38,178 bases of DNA from Anthoceros angustus (lineage: Eukaryota; Plantae; Anthocerotophyta), in the NCBI GenBank assembly GCA_010909165.1, contig VJWM01000362.1, forward strand, positions 1 through 38,178, in the 5' to 3' direction. This document shows, piece by piece, positions 24,258 to 35,446 of the stretch (positions are counted from its first letter, which is position 1; each line of letters opens with the position of its first letter). A program made the position numbers and the translations under genes. Under the pieces are notes generated by a model, which saw nothing but the letters and a program-made list of their open reading frames with translations, was not told the DNA's origin and searched no databases.

Positions 24258-24670
24258 TATATAAGCGGCTTGTCCGAGATAGATGTCTTTCCTCATCTTT
24301 GTCTTTTCGTAGGCTTAGGTCTTGCGCTCTTGCTCGAAGGCATAGGTCTTTATGCATCTTTGGCTTTTGAAGGCCAAGGTTCTTTATGCCGTGTTCGAAG
24401 GCCAAGGTCTATTCTATGCTCTGTTTGAAGGCCAAGGTGCTGCGCTATGCTCTAAAGGCATAGGTCTTTGTTTACGTCAAGGTTCTTTATGCCGTGTTCG
24501 AAGGCTATGGCCTTGTCCACTCTTTTCGAAGGCCAAGGTTCTTTTAGCGTCACGAAGGCTAAGGCCTTTCTCCAGCTTTTGTTCGAAGGCCAAGGTCTAT
24601 TCTATGCTCTGTTTGAAGGCCCTTTGTTGTTTTGTTGCTCCGTTTTGAATGCTCTTGAAGGCCATGGTGC
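24258..24670 (+). repeat. TATA box followed by a degenerate GAAGGCCAAGGT short-repeat array
   Basis: CCTATATAAG at 24256-24265. About 12 (T/C)GAAGGC(C/T)AAGG-like motifs at ~25-35-bp spacing. Confidence 0.7.
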
Positions 24671-25060
24671 ACAGTGGTTTAAGAAATGACCGGAGTAAGC
24701 CTTCGAAAGCAAAGCTTAGCTTAGCGATCGAGCCTGCGTTTGAGCAATGCTATTGCCTAGGGTGGTTGCATGCTCGTGTTTCTTAACACGTAAGCTATGT
24801 GCGTCTTTGTGTCCTTGTTTTGTTTGTAGGAAAGATGGTATCATGTTCTTTGATGGTCTTTTGTTTGTTGGTTGCTTCCTTGTTTTGTTTGGTACGTGCT
24901 TGGACTTCTTGTGTTACGACCGTTGCGGTTCCTTCACCTTGTTTTATGCAAGTTATATTGCTAGACCACTTTGGTCACATATCAATCATACGTTTATTAC
25001 GTTCTTGTCTCACGATGTTGTTGCGATCTATGCGAGAATGTCGGCCGGAAGTATTGGACG

Positions 25061-25620
25061 TAACATCTGCATGTTCGGTGCAAGTGTGAGTTATCTGCGA
25101 TACAGTTGTCCATTGTCGTTTGATTGTCATTTTGTCTTATGGTGGTTTCTTATACATCTTGTTGTGTCCAGTTATCGGCTTTTTATGTTAGCCGTTTTTA
25201 TTTCTTCTTATATGATAGCTATTTTATGTCCATTTACATCTTTCAGCTCTCGTTAAGGCTGGCCCCTTTTATGTGGTATGGTTGGTCATCGACGATTAGT
25301 GATAATTGTTTTCGATTTTTCCTTGATCTAATGCTTATCGTATGTTTTTGCGGACATCGAGTCACGCGTTTCGTAGTCTTCCTCAAGACAAGGGTAGTTG
25401 CATCTTGGTGGGATAACATCTGCATGTTGTGCAAGTGTGAGTTATCTGCGATACACAGTTGTCCATTGTCGTTTTCTATTGTGGATTACTTTGTCTTGTT
25501 GTTTTCGGGCTATCATGTATATTAGCCCGTTGTTGTTTCTACTATGACTATCTAACCTCATTTTTACATCTTTCAAGCTTTGGTTGAGGTGGCCCCTTTT
25601 AGAAGGTATGGTTGTGCACT
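25061..25620. repeat. Diverged ~350-bp-period direct duplication in T-rich DNA
   Basis: TAACATCTGCATGTT..GTGCAAGTGTGAGTTATCTGCGATAC at 25061 and 25413. Confidence 0.75.
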
Positions 25621-25980
25621 TTAGTTAGCTTTAGTCACCCTTTTATGGGTGTCCTAGTAATCAGCCTAATTATTGGTTTGGTGCTAATTTACGTTTTCGT
25701 TTTAGGTTTTATTGTGGTTGAAGCAGAGTTCAATCTATTCTGGTATTTACTTTGCATTACTTGAATTTGTATTTCATGCCATTCTGGATATACAAGAAAC
25801 TCTGCAAAGAAAACGTTTCTTTGTTGGTCTTTTGTATATGCTGGATCCGCATGAATATTACTTAACAGAAAATGTTTTTGCTAGATTAGCGATTTTGGTG
25901 GGATTTCTAGAATTAGCTTCTACTAGAGTACCTGGTATTCACTTGGTGGTCATTTTTTTTTACCCTATTGCCCTGCTTGC

Positions 25981-26066
25981 AACATTGATGGTGGATTATT
26001 TTCACCCCATCTGGCATGTTTTTAACATTGAAGGTGGATTATTTTCACCCCATCTGGCATGTTTTT
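25981..26066. repeat. 42-bp tandem duplication
   Basis: AACATTGA(T/A)GGTGGATTATTTTCACCCCATCTGGCATGTTTTT x2. Confidence 0.9.
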
Positions 26067-27556
26067 CACTCGACTGTAATAAATTTTACTATATTGAGTA
26101 AAACAATGACCAAAAGGTCATTTCTCTCTCTAGAAATCCACCTCCACCCCCCCGAAAAAAAACCAACCGGGTGCGTCGAGGCCCCAGACGAGGCCGCGAC
26201 TTTACGTAAAAGGGGCGCATGCTACGATTGAGGAGCTCCAGAATGAAATTTCGCGAGTCCAGGAATAGATGGAGACGCTGGCGCCTCTGGAGAAGTTCAA
26301 GAAGCTAGCAGAGAGGTGTAAGCAGGAGAGAGATGAGGCTAGGGCCAGGGTCAAGAGAGAGACGGACAAGCCAAAGAAGGCGAGTGTCACCAATGCGAGT
26401 GAAATAGCCACCATTGGGGAAACCACCACGGTGGCTAAACGGCCACCGTCGCGGAAGAAAGACCCAGGTGGGGAAGCCACCGTGGTGGTCGAGCACCGAG
26501 GAGGGATGTAGCTTCCCAGTTCAAGGAGCGAGTCCAAAATTTTCCATGGGCGGAGAGGGTAAGGACCTCTTTAGCAGAAGGGCGTATTGTGTTGCGGCGT
26601 CTGGATGAGGATGCTCATGTCCCTGGCTTCTGCCTGCATGGTGAGCGGGTGCTCACTCTAAATGTGTATGTGATTGTTGGGACAGGAGGGGGCAGAAACT
26701 ACTGGCTGCACATCCTAACCGCCACAGGCTCCTACCAGTGGTTCCTTCGAATGGGAGCCGAGGCATACCCTCCGCAGGTTATGCTCGAGAAGATGAGCGA
26801 GGCGGAAGCCAGAGCGTGGAGGGAGGAACGCGTTGTGTGGCTGTCCAATGATGAGGAGCAAGGCAACATGCGCGGGGGCAGTAGACGGGTGGCACCTCCT
26901 GGAAGGAGTGAAGGGACCTCGGATAGCGGAAGTGAGGTGGAGGTATTAAGGGAGAATCTTTCGGATCAGAGGCGTGGTAGGAGAGCGAGGGGAACACCCA
27001 TGGGCATAGGCTAGCAAGAATAATGAGGCTTTTAGAGGGAGCATCATAGGTCGTGGGCTTTCACTCGGATTAGGGATAAGGTGCTAGGAAAGCCCGTGAA
27101 TCAGAAGTTACCTTACAATTGGTAGGTGCGCCTGGTAGGTTAGCCATTTTTTGAGACACTGGGGAAAAGTGAGTTATGGGGTTCCGCAGCTGGATGTACA
27201 AGAGACCCCTTCACGTCTCTCTTGTTAGACAATTTTAGGTGTGAGCCCTGTGCCGAATTGTACAGAGGTTGATGGGAGACGTCTGATCAATAACGGACTG
27301 GTTTGGTGTGCTGCCTTCTCGTCACAAGAGGGCTGGGGAGATCCTTGGATGGTCAACAGCTGAGTGACCAAGCTCCGCTTCTGGGGCGACTAACGGTGAG
27401 GGGCGCTCTACGCATGCCGGAAGAGGAAGATTTTCGCAGGGGACCGAGGTGAGATCGCGGCTGTGCGAATCGCCTTGGTGCTAACCAAATTGCTTTTTTG
27501 CCTTCCGCCGTCTCACCACACATTGTGTCTAATTCAAGGTGTGTAAGTATTTGAAG

Positions 27557-27652
27557 TCTGTGTGGCCCAAGGTGAGGTCTGTGTGGCCAGAGGGGGGTCT
27601 GTGTGGCCCAAGGTGAGGTCTGTGTGGCCTGAGGGGAGGGTCTGTGTGGCCT
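27557..27652. repeat. ~21-bp tandem repeat x5 (GTCTGTGTGGCC core)
   Basis: Directly visible. Confidence 0.85.
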
Positions 27653-28294
27653 AAGAGAGAGGGATTGGTGAGAACATTTTGCGTGTGGTGGTGTCTGAGG
27701 GTCCTGGAAGAAAGTGGGTGAGTGAGTCGATGTGTGAAGAGGAGTCCTGAACGGCTATGAGATAATAGGAAGTGGTGAGCGCAAGGGTCTGGAAAACGCA
27801 GAATATAAATTGTGTGGTGGGGTTAGAGGAAAACAGCGACGGAGTGAGGTGCCGCGGTGTGCGTGGCCATGGTGTGCATCCACCAATGACCTCTGGGTGT
27901 GAATCCACATGAGTGTGAATCCACATGAGTGTGACCTGGTGTATATGTGAATCTGTGTGCATAGGACTATAAACCTTACTGAGCATGGCGGGGAGCCGGC
28001 GCCAAATAGTCGATCACGACACAGCGGTGTCGGGTGGGTCCCACCACAGTGACTAAATCAGCCACCGCGGTGGCCAAACCCACCACGGTAATGGCCGAAC
28101 TTACCACGGTGGTAGACTCGGCATGGTAGTTGATTGCAGCTGGGTAGGAATTGATTTGTAGGAGGACTAGAATTCATAGTTTTAGAACATCTTGATACAA
28201 AACCATTCCCTTGGGAACGAATCCTAGGACTATAACGACATAGACGGTGAATGTGGGCCTCCTTGTGTCCCTAGACGCAAACTTTTACTCCACA

Positions 28295-29910
28295 AGTGTA
28301 CACAGGGGTGCCAGTGAAGATGTAGAGATCACTCGCTGCCCTCTAGCTACAACTTGCCTTGGCTGAGAGGAGCGATAGAGGAAGCAATCCTCACGTCAAA
28401 CTCCAGCTCCATCAAGCAAAAGTTGGTGAGCAAATCAAATTCTTAGCCATGGGACGTAGAGCACATTATTTAGCACAAGGGAGGAACCATCCTAGGACTA
28501 TAACGACATAGAGGGTGAATGTGGGCCTCCTTGTGTCCCTAGACGCAAACTTTTACTCCACAAGTGTACAGGGGTGCCAGTGAAGATGTAGAGATCACTT
28601 CGGGGCTGCCCTCTAGCTACAACTTGCCTTGGCTGAGAGGAACGATAGAGGAAACAATCCTCACGTCCAAACCCCAGCCGAAAAGCTCCATCAAGCAGAA
28701 GTTGGCGAACGGAAATCAAATTCTTAGCCATCTCTGGGACGTAGAGCACATTATTTAGCACAAGAGGAACCATCCTCCAATGTGAATGTCATGGAACCAA
28801 CTCTAGCAATAGCAAGGCCAGTCATCTCCCAACACAAAATGTTGAGTGTCGCTCGCTAGTAGGAAGTAACAGTGCTTGGAGCTGCAAATATGGGCGTGGA
28901 GTCCAGCAACCATGAACTCTACAGTACCAAGCACACGGTTAATGCAACCTCAACTTGGAGACACAAGTATTAGTTGTTTTGATCTCACGCTTGGCCTCAC
29001 TAGCACCTTCTTCCGCCTCCCGCTCCCATCCAGTGTCGACACCAATTGCACGTCCCTTGACGTTTTACAGGCTTGGAAGAGGAAGGGGCAGAAGGAGCAG
29101 CCTTGGATGTGCCGGAGTTGTTGTTTCTCCGAGGGTTGTTCCCTCTCTTCTGTTGTTGATTTTGTGACCGCCCACAAGTCACAAACATCACTCGCCTTCC
29201 ACCGTGTTTAGATGTGCCGGGTTGTTGTTTCTCAGGGTTGTTCCCTCTCTTCTGTTGTTGATTTTGTGACCGCCCACAAGTCACAAACATCACTCGCTCT
29301 CCACCGTGTTTAGATGTGCCGGAGTTGTAGCGGGATGCCTCCTCCTGAAGGAGTGCGCCAACAAGCTCGGACACTGTTAGGGTGGATTGTCTACCAACCG
29401 CCACTGCTCGTTGTGAAGTCCACACTGACTGGTTTTGGGAAGAGATGAACGACTGATAACTAGCCGGAAGGCTAGCCAGAAGCTGGACAACAACATCAAA
29501 TTCAGACATTGTAGTCCCGAGCGCAGCCAATTGTGCTCGAAGGTACCAATCGCTCACGTGTTGGGCAACACTATCACCTTGTTGCATCCAAGATTGTAGA
29601 ACTCTTTACGGATGGTGACCAAGGTCATCACATTTGTTGGTGATAGATGTCATGGATCCGCTTCCTTTGCCGGTTGTTTCGCACCATCGGTGTGATGAAG
29701 GGTGGTTTCGCCAAGGCCGAAACCAGCATTTGCATGGCTTGACGATCCAACTTGAGCCACATCCACCACGCGGTGCAATAGGCTTTGGGAAATACCTCCA
29801 CCGATTGGGAGAAGATCGCGCTGTTGAGAGTCAGTCTTCATCCATCGCCAGGCGCTTACTGACGCAGTCCTTCCCCCCACGGCTATCTTTGGGCGCTTGA
29901 GCTTTGCCCG
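28295..29910 (-). mobile_element. Ty1/copia gag (UBN2-type), zinc-knuckle relic and protease region
   Basis: AWRWMKT..QRDLL; MQQGDSVAQHVS..LRAQLAALGTTMSEFDVVVQLLASLPASYQSF; KRQGTCNWC knuckle relic; LVLNNVLYVPEMAKNLISVRQL; VVARG..DLYIF. Contains duplications 28221-28488/28489-28776 and ~29106-29210/29211-29327. Confidence 0.88.
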
Positions 29911-29997
29911 GGGTTCATCCTTCTACCAAATCGAAGACAAATCTCATATTTGGTTCCGTTGAACCTATCTCTCTCTTTGAAGTTCGTAGTCCGAGAC

Positions 29998-30006
29998 GCT
30001 CATAAC
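29998..30006 (-). promoter_or_regulatory. Possible half-tRNA-iMet primer-binding site (GTTATGAGC)
   Basis: Complement of the tRNA-iMet anticodon arm GCUCAUAAC, ~100 nt upstream of the copia gag and on the same strand. Only 9 nt, and the adjacent LTR end is not recognisable. Confidence 0.4.
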
Positions 30007-31099
30007 ATTAATTACATGAGCTAGAGATGGCGAGGTGGTGGTGGTGGGTGCCTCCTAACATGGTCAAATCCTTGGCTCCACAATTGTGTAAACGAGTAGC
30101 AGTGTGTTGTGATACAAGGCTCAGAACAATACAAATGTAGTGTAAGCAAAAGATTTTATCAGGAGAGTTCAAAGCAAATACACTCACACCAAATACAACG
30201 ATCAATGATCCTGGCTCCAAGATTGTTTTCCATAACACCCGCCCTATCAAAGCTTGACTCACCACGGGCCAAAGAACATTCACGAGATTAGTGCTGATGT
30301 GAGTGATCGACTGCCAGAGATTTTGATAGTCTCTAGGCTTGGGCCTCGTTGCACTTGAACTCCTTGTAGGCAGCTTCGAAAGTCTCGAAAGTAGGAGAGG
30401 ATGATCTTGGTTCTTCCTTAACAGCTACGATGGCAGGTATTGACGATGACCTAGTGTTGAAATCATGTGTAGGAGGCACACTTCGTATAGCCAAGAGCCG
30501 TCGGAGTTGAGAAGGATCGCCACCAAAATCGCCACAAATTTCTGCTGGAAAAGAGCTCGAAAAACAATTAACAGGAGCGAAAGGAGAAAAGAATTATTCG
30601 CTCGAGGTAACGGGTGACACCCATTCGAGTGGGCAGACGCGTTACGCCGAGCGGGTGCGCTGTCACTTCGAACGGGTGGCACCCGTTCGGGGGCGCCCAT
30701 TATCCAACTTAAGTTGGATAACGGTTCGCCGGCGGGGGCGACCGCCCGTGCGGGCGAACCGCTAAGCCCACGCGGAGCGCACGCCCCTCCTACTGTGAGC
30801 GCTACACCTCCGAGGTTGACGAGGATGGCGGCAGGTGGGGAGATCGGAGCAGGCGCGCCTCCCTGGTCGACGGCGACTCCAGCAAATGGGGCGCCCTGGG
30901 GGCTTGATGAAGAATTTTGACGAGAATCAGGCCGAGATTGAGACAAAGAATCAGATCTTCTCCATCGTTCTTGTGCTTGCCGATGTTGATGGTTCAATCA
31001 CACTCCTGAGTGATCTGATGCCGTCTCCGACTGATGAAGATGGACTCATGATGGTGGAGACCACCCTTGATCTTGCAAGGCATGGATGAGGGCATCTAC

Positions 31100-31620
31100 C
31101 CAATTCTCGCCAAACATCTGGTAATGGCGAGGTGCCTGAGTGAAGCCAAATCCTCAAGTAATTCTCCGTTGATTGGCGCGCCCATGAGATCGCTCCTTAT
31201 CCTCTCCAATGCGCGAAAATAGAAGACAATAAAATTTAATTTCTGTAAATATAGAAAATCTAAATTCATTGTGAGGCTTGGGTAAGCTCTTCTATTAAGT
31301 CGCATGAAAGTTTACAAGAGGACCTCATCGTAGCTGCAATTTGTGGTCATTTAGAACCAATCTGCTATCCAAAACAACATATCAATTGCTTCTAACCACG
31401 AGCGAGCAACTAGAGCTTCAAATGTCCATGGCTCACCTAGGTAATGATACGTGCAAAGTCTAGCCATTGAACCTAGAGACCATGGTAGGAGCCTAAGCTC
31501 TGATACCACGTTAGAATTGCATGCGGAAGCGTCTTAAGCAAAGATGCTATATTAACAATGAATCAAGTGTGTTCATAGGTGGGCTTTTCCAGGTGGTCTC
31601 GTAAGGGGTGTGTCCTTTCG
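31100..31620 (-). mobile_element. LTR-retrotransposon 5' relic: LTR end, canonical tRNA-iMet PBS TGGTATCAGAGC (31497-31508), decayed gag start
   Basis: Perfect 12-nt PBS, preceded by an LTR-end-like ...CGCTTCCGCATGCAATTCTAACG and followed by MVSRFNG* (copia gag-like start). Outer limits are approximate. Confidence 0.65.
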
Positions 31621-32959
31621 CTGGCCTAGCTAACTACCTATAATAACTGCCAGGTCTAGCTGACTAACCATATTGGTACAGAACCAACGTGGTCTGCTAT
31701 TATTTCTAACTCATACTCCCAGACATCCCTGGGCATCCAAAAAAGCCTTCATACGAGAATGCTAGCCTTCATAACGAGAAGTTTTTCCATCAAAACGATC
31801 CCGTTCTTTGAAATCCCCTCCGAAATAACTTGAAGAGACAGCAGATCCAGCATTAGTCATGATGTTGACCACGACGAATGTGCCTACCACTGTAGTCGTT
31901 ATAATTAAATGAGGGAAGAATAGCTGCTCAACCGAGTGTGCAAAGTCATCATTGGAGTCGAAAGATATCATCTACAATGTATGTCCTGAGATTATAGAAA
32001 CTAGCTGCGAAAAGTCATCGCCAGTCAGAGGCACGCCAAACATTAATGTCCCCCTACTATAGTCAAAGAACGCTTCACTTCTTGACGAACTCAACTTATA
32101 ACCGTTTTTCCATGTGCCCACTGAAAAGTTTGAGGAAGAGAACCCAAACGTCGAGCAACGACGCACCTCTTCCTCTAGATGTCACAATCCAGGCCAAGTG
32201 TCGAAGAATCCCAGATTAGAGACGAAGCAAGAGCAGCGCCTCGAGTCTGGAGTCTTGGCGCTCCTCTACCGGTTCAGATCTGGAGAGCTCAGAGTGCCGG
32301 TCCTGAGCTTGAGGCTAGCTTCTCCCGTAAAGGAAGAAGGGCTTCAAGAAATCCAGAAGCAGCGGGTTGAACACCCAATTGTCGCAGGCTTAAGCGCTCA
32401 ACTGCTCCAGTGAGGCCAATCAATTGGCCCTCCACACTCTCCAATTGTTTGCCCAATTCCAAGAAATGGGATGAGTGCTGCGAATGAAGACGCAGCATTA
32501 GCGCCTCAAAGGTCTCCAATCTCAAGATAAGTAGCTCTCCACTTTGCCGGGAAGTTTTGCCTTGACTCCCAGATTAATTGCTCCGTGAATGATGTGACTC
32601 TGATTGTCCAGGATCCGAGGTATCTTCTCTGCTGTAGTATAAGTTCTGTCTGCAGAGTGTGGGGGAAGACCACCGACCAGGTGGAAATTCAGCGCCACGC
32701 ATTTGATGACCCCTCGAGTCAACCAACTCAATGTGGGCAGATATACATAGTCGGGCCTTCTCCCATGTCTCCTAGTCATTGCATCAAAGCGAAAAGTACA
32801 CATGAAGTGTTACCATGCCTAGCTAGGATCACTATGCATCATACGATGATGAGAATTTGAATAGGCCCATCAGTACATCTAGGAGGGCTTTGATGCCATG
32901 CTAATAATTGTGGAAGGGTGCAAGAGCAAAAAACTTGTAGAAACAAAGTTGCTAATAAT

Positions 32960-33375
32960 TTACTGTTTTGCGGCACTAAGTTCAGGTTTGGTCTATGCGG
33001 ATGAAGACAGCTCAACACGCGAAATTGCTTGGAGTTGTCGATAGTACTCTTCAACATCCTGCTCGTCCTTCTCACGCCTATGACCATTGGCTCAACAAGA
33101 CAAGCAGGCCATGCACATGCTCGTTTCAGGCCTCTACGAAGTCACCCTCCATCATATTGATGGGGCGTCCACCTTTGCAAAAGCTTGGAAGCAAATCACG
33201 AACATATATCAATCCACCAACGTAATGACATTGCTCACAGTTCGCAATGAGTTTTATTCTTTAAGGAGATAGCCCCTTGACAGTGTTGCTACTCACGTGA
33301 GCAAGTTCCGTTATTTGCGTGCCCAGCTTGCTGCTTTGGGGATGCCATTAACTGAGTTTGAAGCTTCGGTGCAAA
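32960..33375 (+). mobile_element. Ty1/copia gag fragment (truncated)
   Basis: MRMKT..KLLGVVDSTLQHP; AQQDKQAMHMLVSGL..IDGASTFAKAWKQITNIY..LLTVRNEFYSL; HVSKFRYLRAQLAALGMPLTEFE. Related to the gag at 29.0-29.9 kb, in opposite orientation. Confidence 0.85.
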
Positions 33376-34239
33376 ACATGATAATTTTTGAAGGGGGGGA
33401 ATATAGTAACCCCCTTCGATTGAAACAACACCCCCTTGTCACATTTTACACCCTTCCTGCGATAGCATATCTGCCAAGCTTTGATAATGGGCACACCCTT
33501 TTTGAGTCCATACCTTAAATAAAAGAGGCACTTTCAATTCTACACCCCATAACTAAAGTAATCAGAGGGCCCGCCTACTTTTTTGTAGAATGCATACGCT
33601 GCTTGCATTTGTTTATTATAACCGAAAACATTTACTTTTCAAGCGGTGGAACACAATAAAAATCATGCCCGTACTAGCAAGAGTCTCATTTCAGTATTCT
33701 TGAAAACCTTGCAACAAACAACTGCTAAAGGAGGAAGTGGTCATCAGCATCAACAATAGTCATTCAAAAGGGCAGCCTAGTGACTCGTCCATGCCTTGCG
33801 CCGATACTGAGTTAAGGACCACCACCAAATTCCGAAGGTGGTCCATATCCTCCGCGTCAAAGCTGTCATTCTCCTCCAATGCTTACTTGTATTCATTAGT
33901 ATAATTCTTGGGCTGAGCTTCGAACGGTGTCGACTGCCACACAACATTTAGTGTCTACTGACCCTCATCCAAAAGCTCGCCAATCGTGGTCTTCAACCTT
34001 CTGGCACTCAATGCAACCACTTGGGCTTTAATGCAATGCCAGCATCCTTAAAATGAACAAAGTTGGTTGCCCATGCGCCCATGCAAGAGTCCTTAAAATC
34101 AATAAGGTTGTGTTACTAATGTGGTAGAAGTCTCAAACTCAAGACCTACTATTTACTATACTTTTTTTCCAACCACTTGAGCAACTATCCCAAGTTACGA
34201 AAATCTTGAACCGCTAAATATTTATTTTATAAAAGGCAG

Positions 34240-35137
34240 CCTATGAGGAGGATGGCCGGTGCCCATGGGCAGGCGTCTTTGGGAGGCGCCAGCCAGCCCG
34301 GCGCATGGGCAGGCGTCTTTGGGGAGGGTGCCAGTGGCCTCGCCCTTTCCTCGGTGCATCGGGTGAAGCTAGGGAGATAAGAAGGCAGCGGGTATCCTAT
34401 TCTTGTGGAAGGTGTGGCCCATTTGCAGGAAGGGTTAAAAGATTTGCGTCTATAGGTGACTGCTGAAGAGTAGAAGTGGTGGGAAGCCTTTTGGGTGGAC
34501 CAGAAGAAGATTGCTGTCATTGTAAAGAATAACATCGGGCTAGTGCTAGAGCATCCTTGGAAGTGGTTTTCACGTGCAGAAGTGGATCATACAGCCCGAC
34601 CACTTCAAGTGCCGGATGAAGCTTTGCTGGATGAGGCATTATTAAGGACCTCCACGGTGATATGTATTTGGGGGCATATCAAAATGCGAAGGCAATAAGC
34701 GGAATGGCGCGGATGAATGGGGACATAACGAAAATCCGGAAGGGATGTTTACAGCTTGCCGTGCACTCTGAGACACGCGCAACAAGCCATTACGGATTGG
34801 GGAGGTCATTGACGCGAAGCTAGATGCACCACGACCTCACTTTCTTATCCACTGGTATCGGACCGAGCACACGGATGCGTACGAAGGGAGATATTTACAG
34901 GAATACATAGTCCGTCAGAGTGCCAACCCATCTGGTTTGATGCCGAGGAGAAAAGCAAATAAGGTCCATTACCCAAAAAACATTCAGGAGGTGTTTGTGA
35001 ATGAAACAATCATCCTGTATTATGGGTTTGTGTTGAACGTACGGAAACATTTGTATGCGGTGGACAAAAAAGCGATAAGGGATAAGCTCTGCGAGTTATG
35101 GCTTCATCTGACTGCGAGTCAAAGTGTGCGAAGATAG
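34240..35137 (+). pseudogene. Decayed coding relic, probably the C-terminal part of a TE protein
   Basis: Long frames broken by stops: GYPILVEGVAHLQEGL..*..KWWEAFW.. and PLRIGEVIDAKLDAPRPHFLIHWYRTEHTDAYEGRYLQEY..IILYYGFVLNVRKHL. Family not securely identified. Confidence 0.4.
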
Positions 35138-35384
35138 TGATGACAATCTTTGGAGAATTTGGACCAAGTGATGGCGAAGGATTGAACTACTGGGGATGAG
35201 TGAAACTCAAATCACGGTTTGTCCCAGGGTCCCATAGTGAAAATTGTACGTTTGGTTCCAGATGTTATCGTGTTTTGAAAATACCCTGTCCGTGGCTTTT
35301 GTTGTGTCCTTACTAAATCACATTTTCCTTCCAAACTAATTTACATTGTCCTTCGATGAAATGACCTTCCTTACAGTCCCGGTT

Positions 35385-35446
35385 GCATTAATCCCATAGG
35401 TTCGAGTTTGCATTAATCCCATAGGTTCGAGTTTGCATTAATCCCA
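35385..35446. repeat. 25-bp tandem repeat x2.5 (TGCATTAATCCCATAGGTTCGAGTT)
   Basis: Directly visible. Confidence 0.85.

Larger units (their letters stand above)
13842..28294 (+). mobile_element. ~14.45-kb composite insertion with LTR-type termini, nested in the copia element
   Basis: Flanked by AGTGT at 13837-13841 and 28295-28299. Begins T[G]TGGA (one G missing) and ends TCCACA. Removing it restores the copia reading DLYIFTGTPVYTTIA(L)VVASSK..LWHCRLGH. Confidence 0.65.

Noticed and set aside
24747-25525. Hydrophobic ORFs of 96-169 aa
   Set aside because: By-products of T-rich, partly duplicated non-coding DNA.
13862-34437. piggyBac-like TIR pair TAACCCTTCC / GGAAGGGTTA
   Set aside because: Only 10 bp, no TTAA on the left, and the right copy lies inside coding-like DNA.
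35396-35435. GGTTCGAGT B-box / tRNA gene
   Set aside because: Part of a 25-bp tandem repeat, with no A-box or cloverleaf.
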